Source: Nitrospirales bacterium
Lineage (GTDB): Bacteria > Nitrospirota > Nitrospiria > Nitrospirales > UBA8639
Assembly (NCBI GenBank): GCA_965203295.1
Contig: CBDBCZ010000014.1
Coordinates: 288,001 to 352,000, forward strand
Direction of reading: 5' to 3'
Length of the DNA: 64,000 bases
Shown: piece by piece, positions 1 through 31,600 of the stretch
Numbering within the stretch: the stretch's first letter is position 1
Layout: each line of letters opens with the position of its first letter
Translations under genes and position numbers: made by a program
Notes under the pieces: generated by a model
The model's input: only the letters and a program-made list of their open reading frames with translations
Told to the model about the DNA's origin: nothing
Database searches by the model: none

Positions 1-157
1 CCCATGGGCATGGAAAGGGTATGGGTATGTGGTATGGGATATGAGTACAGGTATGGATATGGAGTATGGGTACGAGTACCATATGGGATATTATGGGTAT
101 GTCTAACAATTATCTAACCCCACTACAATACTGCAGAGAAATCGGCAGTGAACTCAC

Positions 158-3100
158 TTGGAAAAGGGCTGTCCAAAATGGTGACCGTGACCATAGGAGT
201 CAAAACAAAAACACTTCTGGTTCCCTCCAAAAATAGGAAAAAAATCTCAGGCTCCTCTAGTACGATATCGGTGACGATTGTGAATGTGACTGTGAGTTCT
301 GCAATGTTAGGTTTCATTACTAACTCATTTGTAGTGGCATTGATTACTTCTCTGATTGCATTTATGGGGTTTGTCGTATAGTTTGCATCATAGTCAGCAG
401 CTACAGCAGGGAAGAAGAGCAAATAAAAAGCTAATAAAAATGTCAGCTGGGTATCAAAACTGGTTTAGTAAAATCTTGGGCTATTAGCAATCACAACTGT
501 ATTATAGTAATATTTTGCTTGCATGAACTCCCGTAGGATTTGTAATGGTCAACAACTATCTTCGGTCAAGACACATGTTCACACGTCAAAGTACATCCGG
601 AAGCGTGCACATACGGCTTCCACTTCCAACATGTACGTATAAGTACACAGACACATCCAACTGTAAGTACAAATAGTCTAAGGACTGCAAAAGGCTCAGT
701 TTAAATAAGGAAAGTGCTTCACCTGTAGTAGTTTATTGCTAACTTCAAAACTTTATTCAGTCAGGGGCATTTAAATGAAGTTGAAATGTGAATGCTGATT
801 AAATTAGCTAGCTAAACTAAGGCTCGACAGTTATAGGTAATCCAATCAATCTGCATACAAGGTGTTAGGTATATGCAACTTACAGCTACTAGCAGAGCCT
901 GACATTAGCCGGACATTAAATCTGCTTAGCAATGTAAGGTCCCCTGCTCGTGTGAATGTTACAACAGCTACACCGTTCATTTCCAGGACTGTTACATCAG
1001 ATTCTACAGCACTCACAACTGGGACTGCAGAGAGAGGAGAATTCAAGTACTGTACAATCAATGTATGTAGTGATACATGGTGTTGCTTACATGAAACTTC
1101 ATCCAGCTCAAAGCCAGCAGTATAGCCAAAAGAAACTGCTTCATTTATGCCATATATCCAAGCAGAAATTGAGGCCTGACCATTTAAATGTTTTATTGTT
1201 ACTACTCCAATTGGAGCATGTTCCACACGTGCAGAATAACCACAAATTTGTCCATTTGCACAAAAAATTTCAATCCATCCTTCATCTGGATCAGGTACAA
1301 TGGTCACATTATTGATAAGTATCCTTGATCCATCTTGAACCGCAGAGCGGAAGAAAGTTTTATCTCGGGGAATTGCAATGGTGAGACCGACAGTGGTCTG
1401 GCTTCCATTCCTTGACAACACCAGATCAGTGGGCACTGTGTAGTCATTCAGATATTGCGCAACAGGAGGAATGATGGTTATCAATGGATCACCATATGTA
1501 CCAATATCCTTTAAACTCTCATCAGCTGTACCTCCAAATGCATACTGCATCACTAGTACAGGGTTGCTTGCTTCTATGCAGCACCATTGCAGGTTGTCCT
1601 TCCTGGAGGCCTGGTCCCCCGTGTTAGTCCCACTGTCAGTGTCAAACACTTCAAATCCACTCTCTGTATCATTGTTAAAGTCTATTGTAAAATTCTGAAT
1701 AGTTGGTATAGGATCAGTCAGGGTTCTACAAGTTACAGTAAACTGAGTGTTTGCAGTAGCGGTTGCAACTCTGTAGTGATCACCAGAATATCTCCCAACA
1801 ATGGGGACTGTGAAGAATAGCCTGCCCCATGTCACTTGTGGAGGGACCTGCTGAACAATGTGATCGCAAGTACCAACAGATACTGTAGGTACATTACCAC
1901 ATTCATGTCCAGTGAAAACAGCAATTGGTTTGTTTGATGTAATTTTGGTCCCTGAAAGATCCTCCAGATTATTCAAGAGAATTGTTGTCAGCTGATCTAA
2001 ATGTGAAATGTTAAGGGGATCCCTTGGTCCTGGAGTTTGACCCCCTCCGAGATTTGCAGGAACAGATGTGTTGATTGAATCAAACTGACTTGGTGGTGTA
2101 ATCACAACTTCAGTGTTGTTCTGACAGCCAACTATCATAAACCTGCTGTCTGTTGTTTGATGTGCAGTAGATAGGATCACATACTCATATGTGTCAGGTA
2201 TTGTAGGGTACTCATGGCACGGAAATATGTTAAAAGCATCCGCTGATGACAATTCATTGTTAAAGCCATAAACAGATACTTTGCCACCATCAGTAGAGAT
2301 TCGAATGCCACTGTTTCTGTCCAGTCTGTCATCGATGGTATACACCTGTATGTCTTCATCTGGAGGTGGGTTTCCAGGAGCCACAGGGAAGTTGAATGTG
2401 ATTGAGCTGCCGGGTTCAACTGTCTGTGTTTGGGTCTGTGGGAAGGTTGTTACATTCAAATTCGAATTGTTCACATAGAAAGCTGGATTTACTTCTACTG
2501 TCACATTAACAGGGCGGGACTCTTCAGTGGTAATCATTACTATTGCTTCTTGATTCTGCTCTCTATTGTTACCAATAAAGGCAAAGATAAAGTCGGTGCC
2601 TCTTGTTGTCAGTGCTTCTGGCCCTGCAATAATAAATATATTCCATGAAAATGTTTTATTGTCAACAATTACAGTCAAGTACTGAATACTGTAGTTAGTG
2701 AAAAGCAAGTTGATATAGGCCTTGCGGTAATAATAGCCATCCCGTATCTTCAGCTGGAAAACAGTTGTCTCTATATAAGGTTACCTCAGTAGCAACTGCA
2801 CTACCAAACTATGCAGTGTTTACAGTACGAAGCCAATATCAATGGGAATTCCAATAAATGGCTTACTGATTTATAATTATGGTAGGCAGAAAGCACCATA
2901 ATTGGCTTTGGAATGTCCTTAGAGTGCTGAATCTTGTAGTCTTTCTAATTATTTAGGTGTTCTACCTAGCTCAGGTTACTTTTCCTATACGTTAGCAGGG
3001 TTTCACCCAATAGAGGGAAGCTTCAATTAACGAAAGTTCCCCCACCAAAAAAAAAACACATGCAGATCAAGCAATGTTAAATCAAGAAAAGGAGGGAAAT

Positions 3101-4595
3101 AAAACAGAATGCTAAACATACTGATGGATGAAGAATAAAAATGTATTATATACAGTTAAATATAATTATGAAGACACAGTGGCCACCTCATTAGAATGGT
3201 TAAGGTGAGGGGTTATGCCATGATCAAGTGACTGATCTAGAGAAATTCGATTTGTCAAAGAAGCTCAGAAGTTATCAGGTGGTTGTTCAGAGCATTAAAT
3301 TGTTCTGGTGGGGGAGGGGCGGGAGGGGGGGGGGGGAGGGAGGGGCATGCCCTGTACATACAGCCATGCTCGTACTCGAGGGGTGCTCCCTCCCTCCTAG
3401 GTATGTATTTTCCAATGAAACAGTGCATATAGCTTCATTGTCACAGTTGCATAAAATATAGACGTACAATACAATATGCCCTATAAAAGATGTTGTTGAG
3501 CAAGATTTTTGGTTCTGAATCTTATTAGAGAAACCAATATCATCAGGAATTAAGTTAATACAGTTACTAGAAATTCTGGCGATAGTAGTTGAATCCTTGG
3601 CTACTTGAAAGATTTACCGTTTGATAATGTAATTGAGCTACACATACAATCTAGCTCAATTACATCGAAAGCTATAGAGCCACATAATTCCAGTCACAGA
3701 AAAAAAAAATCACTGAGTTGTAGTTCTCTTGTATATACTGGTAGTGAAAAAAGGAATCAGACCACTTGTTATTCCGGCAACTATATGATATTATGTGGTG
3801 AGGGAACCATCTGCATGGGATCTGCTACCCACATACACATGTAGCTGAAGGAATAACACAAAGCTTCCTAATTGCAAATGGTGTGCAAGGCGTCTCTCGA
3901 GTTGTATGGGTCACATATCCGCTGTTTGAGCGGTTATTCGTGCACTGGGACAGAGTTGGTGAATTGTACTTGTTGGCTCATTGCCGAGTCTATCAATTCG
4001 CACATGAACTTTACAAATTGTGAATCTCTCATATGTTCAGGATCTCAATATACCAAATGTTTGGGGTTCATTTAAAGTTGGTCCACGCAGTAATGGTTCC
4101 TATAGTTATACTGTGAAAACTGTAGGGTTATCCAAACTCATTAAGCATAACAAATCACCCCTCTGAGACCTAACTCCTACCTACACACTCATGCATAAAT
4201 CTGCAATTCAGACAGCTAATCCTTAAGACATTATTTTTTGCAGTGCAGGCATTCAGTCAGAGCCACCAAGTATTTCTGAGTGCAGTAGCTAGTTTGCATA
4301 AACCTACCTAAATACAGCAGTAAACTGGTAAATCCACAATAATTGCTCAAGAATTAAGAAACTGTATACCTCCTCTACCAATAGAACTTTTTAAATAATT
4401 ATTCACCGTTCCCATTACATGCAGTGCATGGATCATATAGTATGCGTACTATATCCATGATTAGCGCAGTAGGCGCGAACTACGGAACTCACTTTGCGGG
4501 AGAAGAGCCTGGTCAAAATCACTCAGCGACCCGTTAGCCAGTAGCGCAGTTGCTGCATAAGCCAGCAAACAGAATGTAACTAGCGTACCAGCCAT
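158..4595 (-). CDS. Left paralogue of the IgGFc-binding-domain/Calx-beta receptor (exons 4595-4493, 2623-1091, 1024-884, 400-158; continues beyond the window's left edge)
   Basis: Reverse-complement near-copy of exons 1-4 of the 7499-25682 gene, with GT-AG sites in matching phase. ORFs 846-2708 and 123-422 contain these exons. Confidence 0.85.
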
Positions 4596-4786
4596 GGCTC
4601 AACTCGCGCAATCATCCAGTCGCTCCGCCAAATGATCAAGATCGACAGGAAGTTAAAAACGTAAGCACACATTCCAATATAATTAACGGCACCAACACAA
4701 GTTGCAATATCATGGGAACTCCCAGCTCTAAACCCAATGCTAACCCTACGGGCCCCTACCCTAAAAGGTCAGACCATGGGTTCGAG

Positions 4787-5165
4787 TAGTCTCGCGTAGC
4801 CAGACTCTCGACGGGAAAGTTAGAGTCTGGTACAGACGCCGCAGTGGAACCGTCAATCTGGAATGCGGACGTTGTGCTATGACGACACAAGCAGACAATC
4901 AACGAAAGAGATCCGGCAGTGAACCTGCTATCTGATTGGTCAGACCATACCATTGACGTAATCTTTTCACAAAGCTTGAATCTGATTGGCTCGCAATGTG
5001 CATTGCGGGACAGACAAAATCATTACGGCGTCTGTACCAGACCCTCCGTTTAACGCGAGGGGCGGGGTCCCCCAGACTAGGGTTCGAGTAGTCTCGTTCC
5101 CAGCCCCACAATCAAGGCTAAGGGCTGGGAACGAGACTAGGGTTCGAGGTCTGGGCACGAGACTG
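4787..5165. mobile_element. Two stacked AcademH-like non-autonomous elements (4787-5079, 5089-5139) beside a third element's right TIR
   Basis: TAGTCTCG.../...AGACTA termini; the 9-mer gggttcgag occurs at 4778, 5080 and 5140. Confidence 0.8.
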
Positions 5166-5907
5166 AAGCCATGCGTTCACGTTCATGTCATTTTGGTCTC
5201 GTGCGCGTGCCTGGACTATTGTCATTTTAATGTAGCCAGCCGTTCACTATAGGCTTGCAGCAGATGAGAGTGTGGGTCGAGGCTAGCAAGTGGGCAAGTA
5301 TACCATCCATCAAATGCCATTCATGATCATCCCACGCCGTTTGACTTCGCTCTCGTCCCACGCGACATTAGAGGGTGTGGCTTCGCGGGACTTTGTTCTC
5401 GTCACAGCGGCCCACCGCGGATAGGATCGGGAGCGGACACGATCTGCTAGCGAAAACTACCCAATGCCGCGAGCTGATGGTGATATGTTACTGGTAAGTG
5501 TAGCACTGAATGAACATGTATTAAAGTGTACAGTGAGCAACACTATTAAAATTATATTGTACATAATTTACATGTACAGTGTATTACAACTCAGGTACTG
5601 CGGGGAATTAGTTACAGGTAGCACAACTCCAATATGTTTAGGTACATGTTTTGTCTCTCCCGAAATGGCCAGGCAATTCATCTGAATTGGAGGAATTTAC
5701 TGATTTCTTCTCTTCTCTTCTCTTCCCCTCAATGTTCCATTGCTTTGGCTCCTTATCATCCAGTGCACATAATTATATTATAAAAATATATGCAGATGAA
5801 ATATAACATGCATGAAGATTTATTAAAAAGATTAATAACCTTCATGGATGCATGACTTGGCTTTTTGCCTGATCGCTCGTTTCAAGATCTCTATAAGTTC
5901 ATACTGT

Positions 5908-7290
5908 AATAATCAATCAATCAATCAAATTTTATTAGAGTGACGTGCCCATTATATATATAATACAAAAGATTATGTACATATGATGGTGCCCAGCCAT
6001 GATATGGCTTATAAATCACTGAGTATGAGAAATTATGAGAAATCATGACTTATACAAAAATGAAGAACGTACTTTAAACATTTTATACAATAATTTAGTA
6101 ATTAAGTTCTGACAATACGATTCATTATACTTAATAATATACAAAAACTTATTAAAAGTGTTTAGGTGCATGAATGACAGGTCCTTTTGAGTGATATAAC
6201 ATAGTAATTTAATTCTTTCATGTTCGAGTTTATTACATACCATAACGAAATGAAATTCATTCTCGACGAAATCTGAATTGCAAACCTGACAGACCCGCCG
6301 CTCCAGGGGAACCTTAGAAACCCGGTAACGCCCGGTCTCCACCCCCAAAGGCAGACACCCAGCCCGGAGCGAAGCCATCACCCACCTTGGCCCAGGATCA
6401 AGTGGGGACAGGACATAACTGGCAGGAGTGGGTTCAGCCTTAAACAGTTTGTAAAGCTTCAGCTTACCCCCTGATTCTGAGTTTTCATGACTGGTTTGTT
6501 TAAGGTTTCAATCCATTTTTCACTAGCTACCCTAAATATTCTATCCTTAACGAGATGTAATAACTGATGAAAAGAACTAGCAGGAGGATTGTACGTGGAA
6601 TAAAGTTCAGGCAACTGCAAACATGCAAGTAACTTCCTAGCTTGCCAACACCAATTTCTTGTTTTACCATTTTCAGCAAGTCTCATTGACCACGTAAATA
6701 CCTTTTTACTTATCCTATTGGGATCTTGAGAACAGGTTGAACTTCTTAGCCACCTTTTAATAAACTGAAAATTATGTCGGAATCCTGCAGGAATCCAACC
6801 CATGTCTCCTTGAAGGGCAACAATGGGATAGCTCCTACCAACTCCATGCAAGGAAGAATCTCAGGGCATTATTCCAATGTATATTGTAATGCTCAGATCC
6901 CCATATACAACTACTATTATAATCCATAACAGGAACAGCCAAAGTGTCATATAGATAATATGTATAAGTGTTATAACTAAGTCCACCCAATGCCTTGGCT
7001 TTACTTATTAAACAACCTCATGCACGCCGAGCAGCTAAGTTTACTTTGCCAACCATTTCTTTAGTGTCAAGGTATTGAATAATCCACAGTCCTAAGTACT
7101 TGTATTCATTACAATATTGCATTTGATTAGTCCCACATTTAAAAACAAAGGAAGATCGTGTTCGTCTTTTATGCCTAATGTGCATCACCTTTGTTTTCTG
7201 CAAATTAAATTGAATACCGTTCTTTGTGCACCAACTAAATTACTGTCTGAACTTTCTTCCATTATACTGAACCATGTCTCTGCATTGACA
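5908..7290 (-). mobile_element. 5'-truncated, degraded LINE (RTE-X/CR1-group-like 3' end)
   Basis: KTKVM..EYKYLGL RT end; LPLGVETGRY..RRVCQVC..ENEFHFVMVC C-terminal zinc motif; AATAAA then (TTGA)n tail on the minus strand; frameshifts. Confidence 0.85.
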
Positions 7291-7498
7291 CATCTACTAA
7301 TTGTACTTCCCGCGCTAGCTAGCTGGGACGGGACGGGATATCCCGGCGCTGTCTCGTCCCGTCCCGGGTTTTATTATTTCCATGATATAGCAACTTGTGT
7401 TGGTGCCGTTATTAGTAAGGAATGTGTGCTTACGTTTTTAACTTCCTGTCGATCTTGATAATTTGGCGGAGCGACTGGATGATTGCGCAAGTTCAGCC

Positions 7499-25682
<18,184 letters not shown>

Positions 25683-26014
25683 CAATTTATGACCATGCAC
25701 ATATTAGCATATCGGATGCTATCTATGATATTAGCCACTGTGTAGATGTAGTATGTCAAAACTTAAAACTACAGAAAAAATGGTTTATTAAAATGGCATT
25801 ATTAGTGTGCATTTCCTTGTCTTTTACGTATTAGTGCTTGTATTTAAGTATATACTCTGTATTGGCTGTGTCTATGCAGACTTGTACTTATGATTCTGTC
25901 TTGAGAGTAACCACCTATTACCTTCACATAGAGTAGCAACGGTACAGCATAACCCTCTGCAGTGTACATGTACACTTGTGCTAATAGTTAAGTGTCACTA
26001 GTACCATAAACTAA

Positions 26015-28515
26015 GTGGCTGAGGGGACAGCTGCTACACACTGAGGTCTGCTCTCAGGCTGATCAAGACGAGGTAAGTGTTGGTTTAGTTAACTGAAACT
26101 GAAAAAAAGTCTTTTAGTAGGATCAAAAACAGATTTAGCTAACAACTAAACTTTGAACTTCATAAGTGGGAATAAGACTATTTAACCAAAATCAATTTAG
26201 TTATGGTTAACTAAAGTGCTATAGGTGTGCTGTGTATTTTAGTAATCATTTTTCATAATAGTTGGTTAATTAAAGCTGAAGTTAAATCACTCCATACTAA
26301 TACAATAACACTTGTAGTATTTGCTAGACGTGATGGATTGTTGGTATAACATTTACTAGTGCAACTCATACTCTGACAGTTTTGTAGTTCCCCACTCTTC
26401 AACTCTTTAGCTACAGGATCCACTGGCTATGGTACAGCTGACATGCTGTCATGGGACAGAGAACCCTCTTGTAGTTGTTGCTATGGTAGTTACTGATTTC
26501 TCTCAAGTGTTGGGCTTCATCGTGATCATGTCCCTGGTTTTGTTAGTTTGTCAGAACTCCACTGCTTCCAGTTGCATCATGATGGAAGACTTATGCAATG
26601 CCCCGAGTCCGCTACAATTGCACTGACTGCACCTCCTTGGAGCTGTGCATTTGATTGGTCGGACTACCTGTGGGTGTGTCTGCCAGGTGAACAGGAACCA
26701 CTGGTGTGTTACAAGCCTGAGGGAGGAAGAGTGAATTGCAGCTGTCCGTGTTATTTAAGTGCCACATTTTCCTTCATAGACGTTCCTTTTATGTAGCTAG
26801 TTCAGGAAGCTACAGCATCAAGAACTCCCACTGTTAGCCAGTTTGTGTCATTGGGAGCATTTTAAAGTATGTCTAGGGCATTTAGATTAGGTTTTGATTA
26901 TGGGTTTGATCATTAATTAAGTTGTTTGCTACTCCCAGTCTCCAGCTGTTAGTTGTCTTGTCTTCCCACTCCATTCCAAAAATTTAACATTATGGAATGG
27001 AGACTAAGAATCAGACAGTACTGGTGCGCAGCTAGTCTCGTGCCCAGACCGTCGCTCCTCCCCCTCGCTGTGACGGTCTGGCAGCTTGATTTGAATTTCT
27101 TGATTCTAACACCTCAGTGATCTGGAATTTCAAAGCACGAATCAAATCGCGGAAAAGGTAATTAACGTGTATGACATCACCGAGCGAGCGTATAATCAAA
27201 TAACAAAGCTGTCACTGCACTGGCTATGGCTATTGTCGAAGACGACGACTGCTCGCAACTTTCCGGTCATCTCCAACTTGGTTTTACAGCAGTCTGTACC
27301 GCGCCATCTGCAACCAGAGCGGCAAGTTCAAAATCCGGGTTGTCCAGTAAAACCGAACGCGTACCACAGAGTACCTAGGCACGCTCTTATTGCTAGCTGA
27401 AGCTTCAGGAACGTTGCTAACTGTACGAAGATATAGGGCCTAGCATCCTCACAGAAAGTACAACAAAGAACGTTTGATCTCTTGATCATTGCATTTTTGA
27501 CATGCAAACACCTTTCAATTATTAACGCTCTCACGTTCGTAAGACACGCACGTAAGACACGCACGCCTCTGTAACAGGAATTTAAAATCAAGCTACCAGA
27601 CACTCTTCGCCGGAAAGGCGTGGGTGTCTGGGCACGAGACTAGTGCGCAGCTAGGGAGAAAGTCAGAGGAGGTTGGACACGCATTCATAACATGCGCAGT
27701 CACGTGCCTTTTGCTGCACTTTATTACATTCCACGTTGCATTCCAGCATGCAATTAGCTCACTGAGAAGGTAAGCATAGCTCGTTATAAAGCTGCAATAG
27801 CGTGTAGATTGCTGTAAGATGGCTGGAACGGACCTATACGGGCAGTATCTTTCTGTTACTAGATAGAATTCAGTATGTAGTCTCGTCTTGCCGATAGCTA
27901 GATATTTAAACGACCGTAGCTCTGCAATGACCCAGGGGTTGAACGGGGTTGGCACGATATTCTGAATCTACTTCAGGAGAGCTTTCGAAAGATGTCTATT
28001 CCTTGGGAATACGCTTAAAGACTAACGAGAAAACTTTTTAGCGCTTTTAATACAGAAATCTCCATAGAGAATCGCGTACGCGCGTATGTCACATGACCGT
28101 GTCCAACCTCCTCTGGGAGAAAGTAGATACGTAGCGCACTTCTAGGTTTTCCCTCAGTATGATAAAACCTGGTGGATGCATGAAGAATGAAGCATCCATT
28201 GCACCAGCAGTCCTGGGATTAAAGATTTCTCAACAGTTACTCTCCACATCTTTATTGCTGCAGGGTGTACAGGTAATGGGAGAGACTATTCGAAAACGGC
28301 TCTTTGACAACATGTCTGCGTACCTCACATGTGCATGCAAGGAAGAGAGACTAAAAGTGAGGGGTGCTCAGAAACTTTTTGAGATCAAGAGTGAGCAAGA
28401 GGAGGCAAGACCCAGAGCTCCCAAAACAGCGAAGGTGGAGGAAGAGACTGTAGCTAGTGGAGTACCACAGCAGGCAGAACTCTTAGCTGGATGCAGCCAT
28501 GCATGGAATATGTAA
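26015..28515 (+). pseudogene. WDR4: 5'-truncated WDR4/Trm82-like gene (non-catalytic subunit of the tRNA m7G46 methyltransferase)
   Basis: LHCFQL..PPWSCAFDWSDYLWVCLPGEQEPLVCYKP and RKRLFDNMSAYL..KEERL resemble the WDR4 C-terminus as I recall it. Exon-like pieces at ~26015-26072, 26417-26486, 26547-26730 and 28264-28515; no room for N-terminal WD exons after the RTK stop. Confidence 0.65.
27033..27642. mobile_element. AcademH-like non-autonomous element
   Basis: tagtctcgtgcccagac...gtctgggcacgagacta with exact 9-bp TSD gtgcgcagc; a related truncated copy lies at ~41333-41750. Confidence 0.85.
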
Positions 28516-28661
28516 TAATATCATTATATGGTAATAATTAAAAGTCTGGAATGAGGGCTCATACCACACAAGTCATCGAGTAGTTAGGCCTCCAGATATC
28601 AGAACTATAGTTAGCTTGCGTATTAAAGTGGTAGATCTGTATCGCCGAGAATAAACAGAAA

Positions 28662-31600
28662 ATGGCAGGAACATTTGCAGGTAAATGTACAAAGCAAAAA
28701 CGCATGATTGTAGAAGGTAATTATTATCCCTATACATTTCAAGCCTCAGGGCTATTTTGTGTCTAAAAGCCTTGAATTTGAAAATGTAGTAACTTTGTAG
28801 AATGAGGCTGTGGGTACAAATACATGTACTGAAACTACATTATATCTTTCCCCAACTGTAGGTTTTGAGTCCTACAGGCTCAATGGGGTACAACTGACTG
28901 AGGACGAGTTTGGTCGAGGATCATACGCTGTGGTCCTGAGACTCGAGTACAGAGGACTCAAGTGTGCAGGAAAGCAGCTCTACCCTGTCCTCTATGAGCA
29001 AGGAGTGGGGGATACCATTCGTCACTTTGAGGAAGAATGCCGGCTGCTAGCCCAAATGCGACATCCAAACATTGTGCAGTTCATTGGTGTCTACTTTGAG
29101 GAGGGCTCTCATGTTCCGATCCTCGTCATGGAGTTCCTCCCGACCACTCTCGCCAGGTGTATTGATACATACGGTGTTATGCCTGTGGAAATCAGCTATT
29201 CCATACTTTACAACGTGGCCCTGGGTTTGTACCACCTTCACAGCCATACTCCACCCATCGTACACCGAGACCTGTCAGCAAATAATGTCCTCCTTGCTTC
29301 CAACACGACCGCCAAAATATCAGACCTGGGGGTGGCCAGGATTTTGAATCTGACTCCCAGACAAATGAGTCGCATGACAAGTACCCCAGGCACACCTTCC
29401 TACATGCCACCTGAGGCAATGAGAGCAAACCCCAGGTATGATGCAAGCATCGATCAATTCTCATATGGCATTTTGATGATCCACATTCTAAGTGGCAGGT
29501 GGCCCCTGCCACTTCGTGAGCCAGTCTGTGTCAATCCTGAAAATCGAGCTCAGCTACTTGCAGTGTCAGAGGCTGAGCGTCGAGATGAATATCTCCGAGA
29601 TATCGGCAACACCCACCCCCTGATGGACCTGATCCTTAGGTGTGTCAGCAATGACCCACAACAGAGAGCCACAGCTCCACAGATGATTCAGCAAATGGAG
29701 CACATGACGCGTGACTCCCCACCTGCCTTTGCCAACCGAGTGGAAATGCTCCAACAAATCAGAGCTGATGCGACTGCAAAGGGAAGCTTGAGGGAAGAGA
29801 ATGAGACGTTTACAGCAGAGTATGAGCAAAACCAGCTAGAAAGGGAGGAGCTCATTCAACAGCATCAAGCTGAAGTGGAGCAGGTTCGCACTGAGATGAG
29901 AGCTCAGAATGAGACATATCAAGCTGAGATTAGGGCTCAGAATGAAACACATCAAACCGAGATGATGGCTCAGAATGAGGCACATCGAGCTGAAGTGGAG
30001 CAGGTTTACACTGAGGTAACGGCAGAATTGAATGCCCTTAGTACAGCCGCACAGACACAGCTGAGGGGAGAAATTCAAAGACTAGAGCAGCTGGCTCAAC
30101 TTCGTCAGGAAGAGATTGAACGATCTGAAATCGCACACTCGATTGAGATTGTGGAAACACGCCTTCAACTTCAAGAAGCCCTTCAAGTGGAGTTAAGGGC
30201 ACAAACTGAGACACATCAAGCCGAGATGAGGTCTCAGAATGAGACGCACCAAGCTGAGATGAGGGCTCAGAATGAGACGCACCAAACCGAGATGAGAGCC
30301 CAGAATGAGAGTCACCAAGCCGAGATGAGGGCTCAGAATGAGACGCACCAAGCCGAGATGAGGGCCCAGATTGAAATGCACCAAGCCGAGATGAGGGCCC
30401 AGATTGAAATGCACCAAGCCGAGATGAGGGCCCAGAATGAAATGCAGGAAACTGAGATCAGAGCTCTGAATGACAAACATCAAGCTGAAGTGGAGCTTGT
30501 TCACACTGACATGAGAGCTCAGAATGAAGCCTGGAAACATGAGATAAGAAGCCTCATAAATGAACTTAGCAGTCTACAAAGCGAAGTATCGAGGTTGAGG
30601 GGGGTAAATAAAAGACTACAAGCAACAGTCGGATCGAAGAACGAAACAATCCAGTCAAACGTTAGTGAGATCTCATCACACAAAGTTGCCTTAACCAGCA
30701 AAGATGCAACCCTCACCCAGAAGGAGTTTGAGTTAGCCTCCAAGAATACCATCCTCGAGCGCCAGTCTTCCACCATTCGAGAGCTGAATGAGCAACTAAC
30801 TCGAGCAAGGGAGCTCCTATCAGGACAGAAGCCACAGGTACGACTATTGCAGCTTTTCTTGACATACCATAGTCTCAAGAAACCACTAAATACAATTACA
30901 CTTCTGCTATTGGTTTGGCATATTATTATGCAAAATGAAGACATAAACAAAGATTGGCCTGCTACCCAACCTCTAATTAACACATATTCATGGTAACATT
31001 GTTACCAGCAACCACAGCCTGTTTCCATGAATATGTCTAGCTATGAACCAGTCCGAATTAATGTGAGAAACGACAATGAGAGGTTATAAAATAGTAGCCT
31101 CGTTCCCAGGCTCCAGCCCCCAGCTTTTTGATTAAAAGCTGGGGGGTGGAGCCTGGGAACAAGGCTAATAAAATAGACAAACTGGTACTCTAGAATGTGT
31201 AACTCCTCCTCCAGTTAACTAACTACCCCATTTTGAAAAAATTGCGAGTGTGGACAGTCCTTGTTGCAAGATATCAACTCCACTCACTTCCAACTACTTC
31301 TAGTTTATGGGGGATCTAACTTTTTGAGTACGTACAAGCCCATAAAGTTAAACTGTCACTGATAAAGTGCCCATGGGCTGTTAGGTATGTAGGCTATGTC
31401 CATAACAATAGCAGGGATGTCCCTGACAATCTTTGTACATACGAAATAGAAAGATAATAACTTTTTTATTCCCTCATTGGACTTCCTAGCCAAAACACAA
31501 ATGAATTTTTTGGAACAATATGATGTAATTACAATATTCCACAGTCACTAGTAACCATGCACTAGGAAGAACAGACCTCATACATCTTCAGAGTGGCTAC

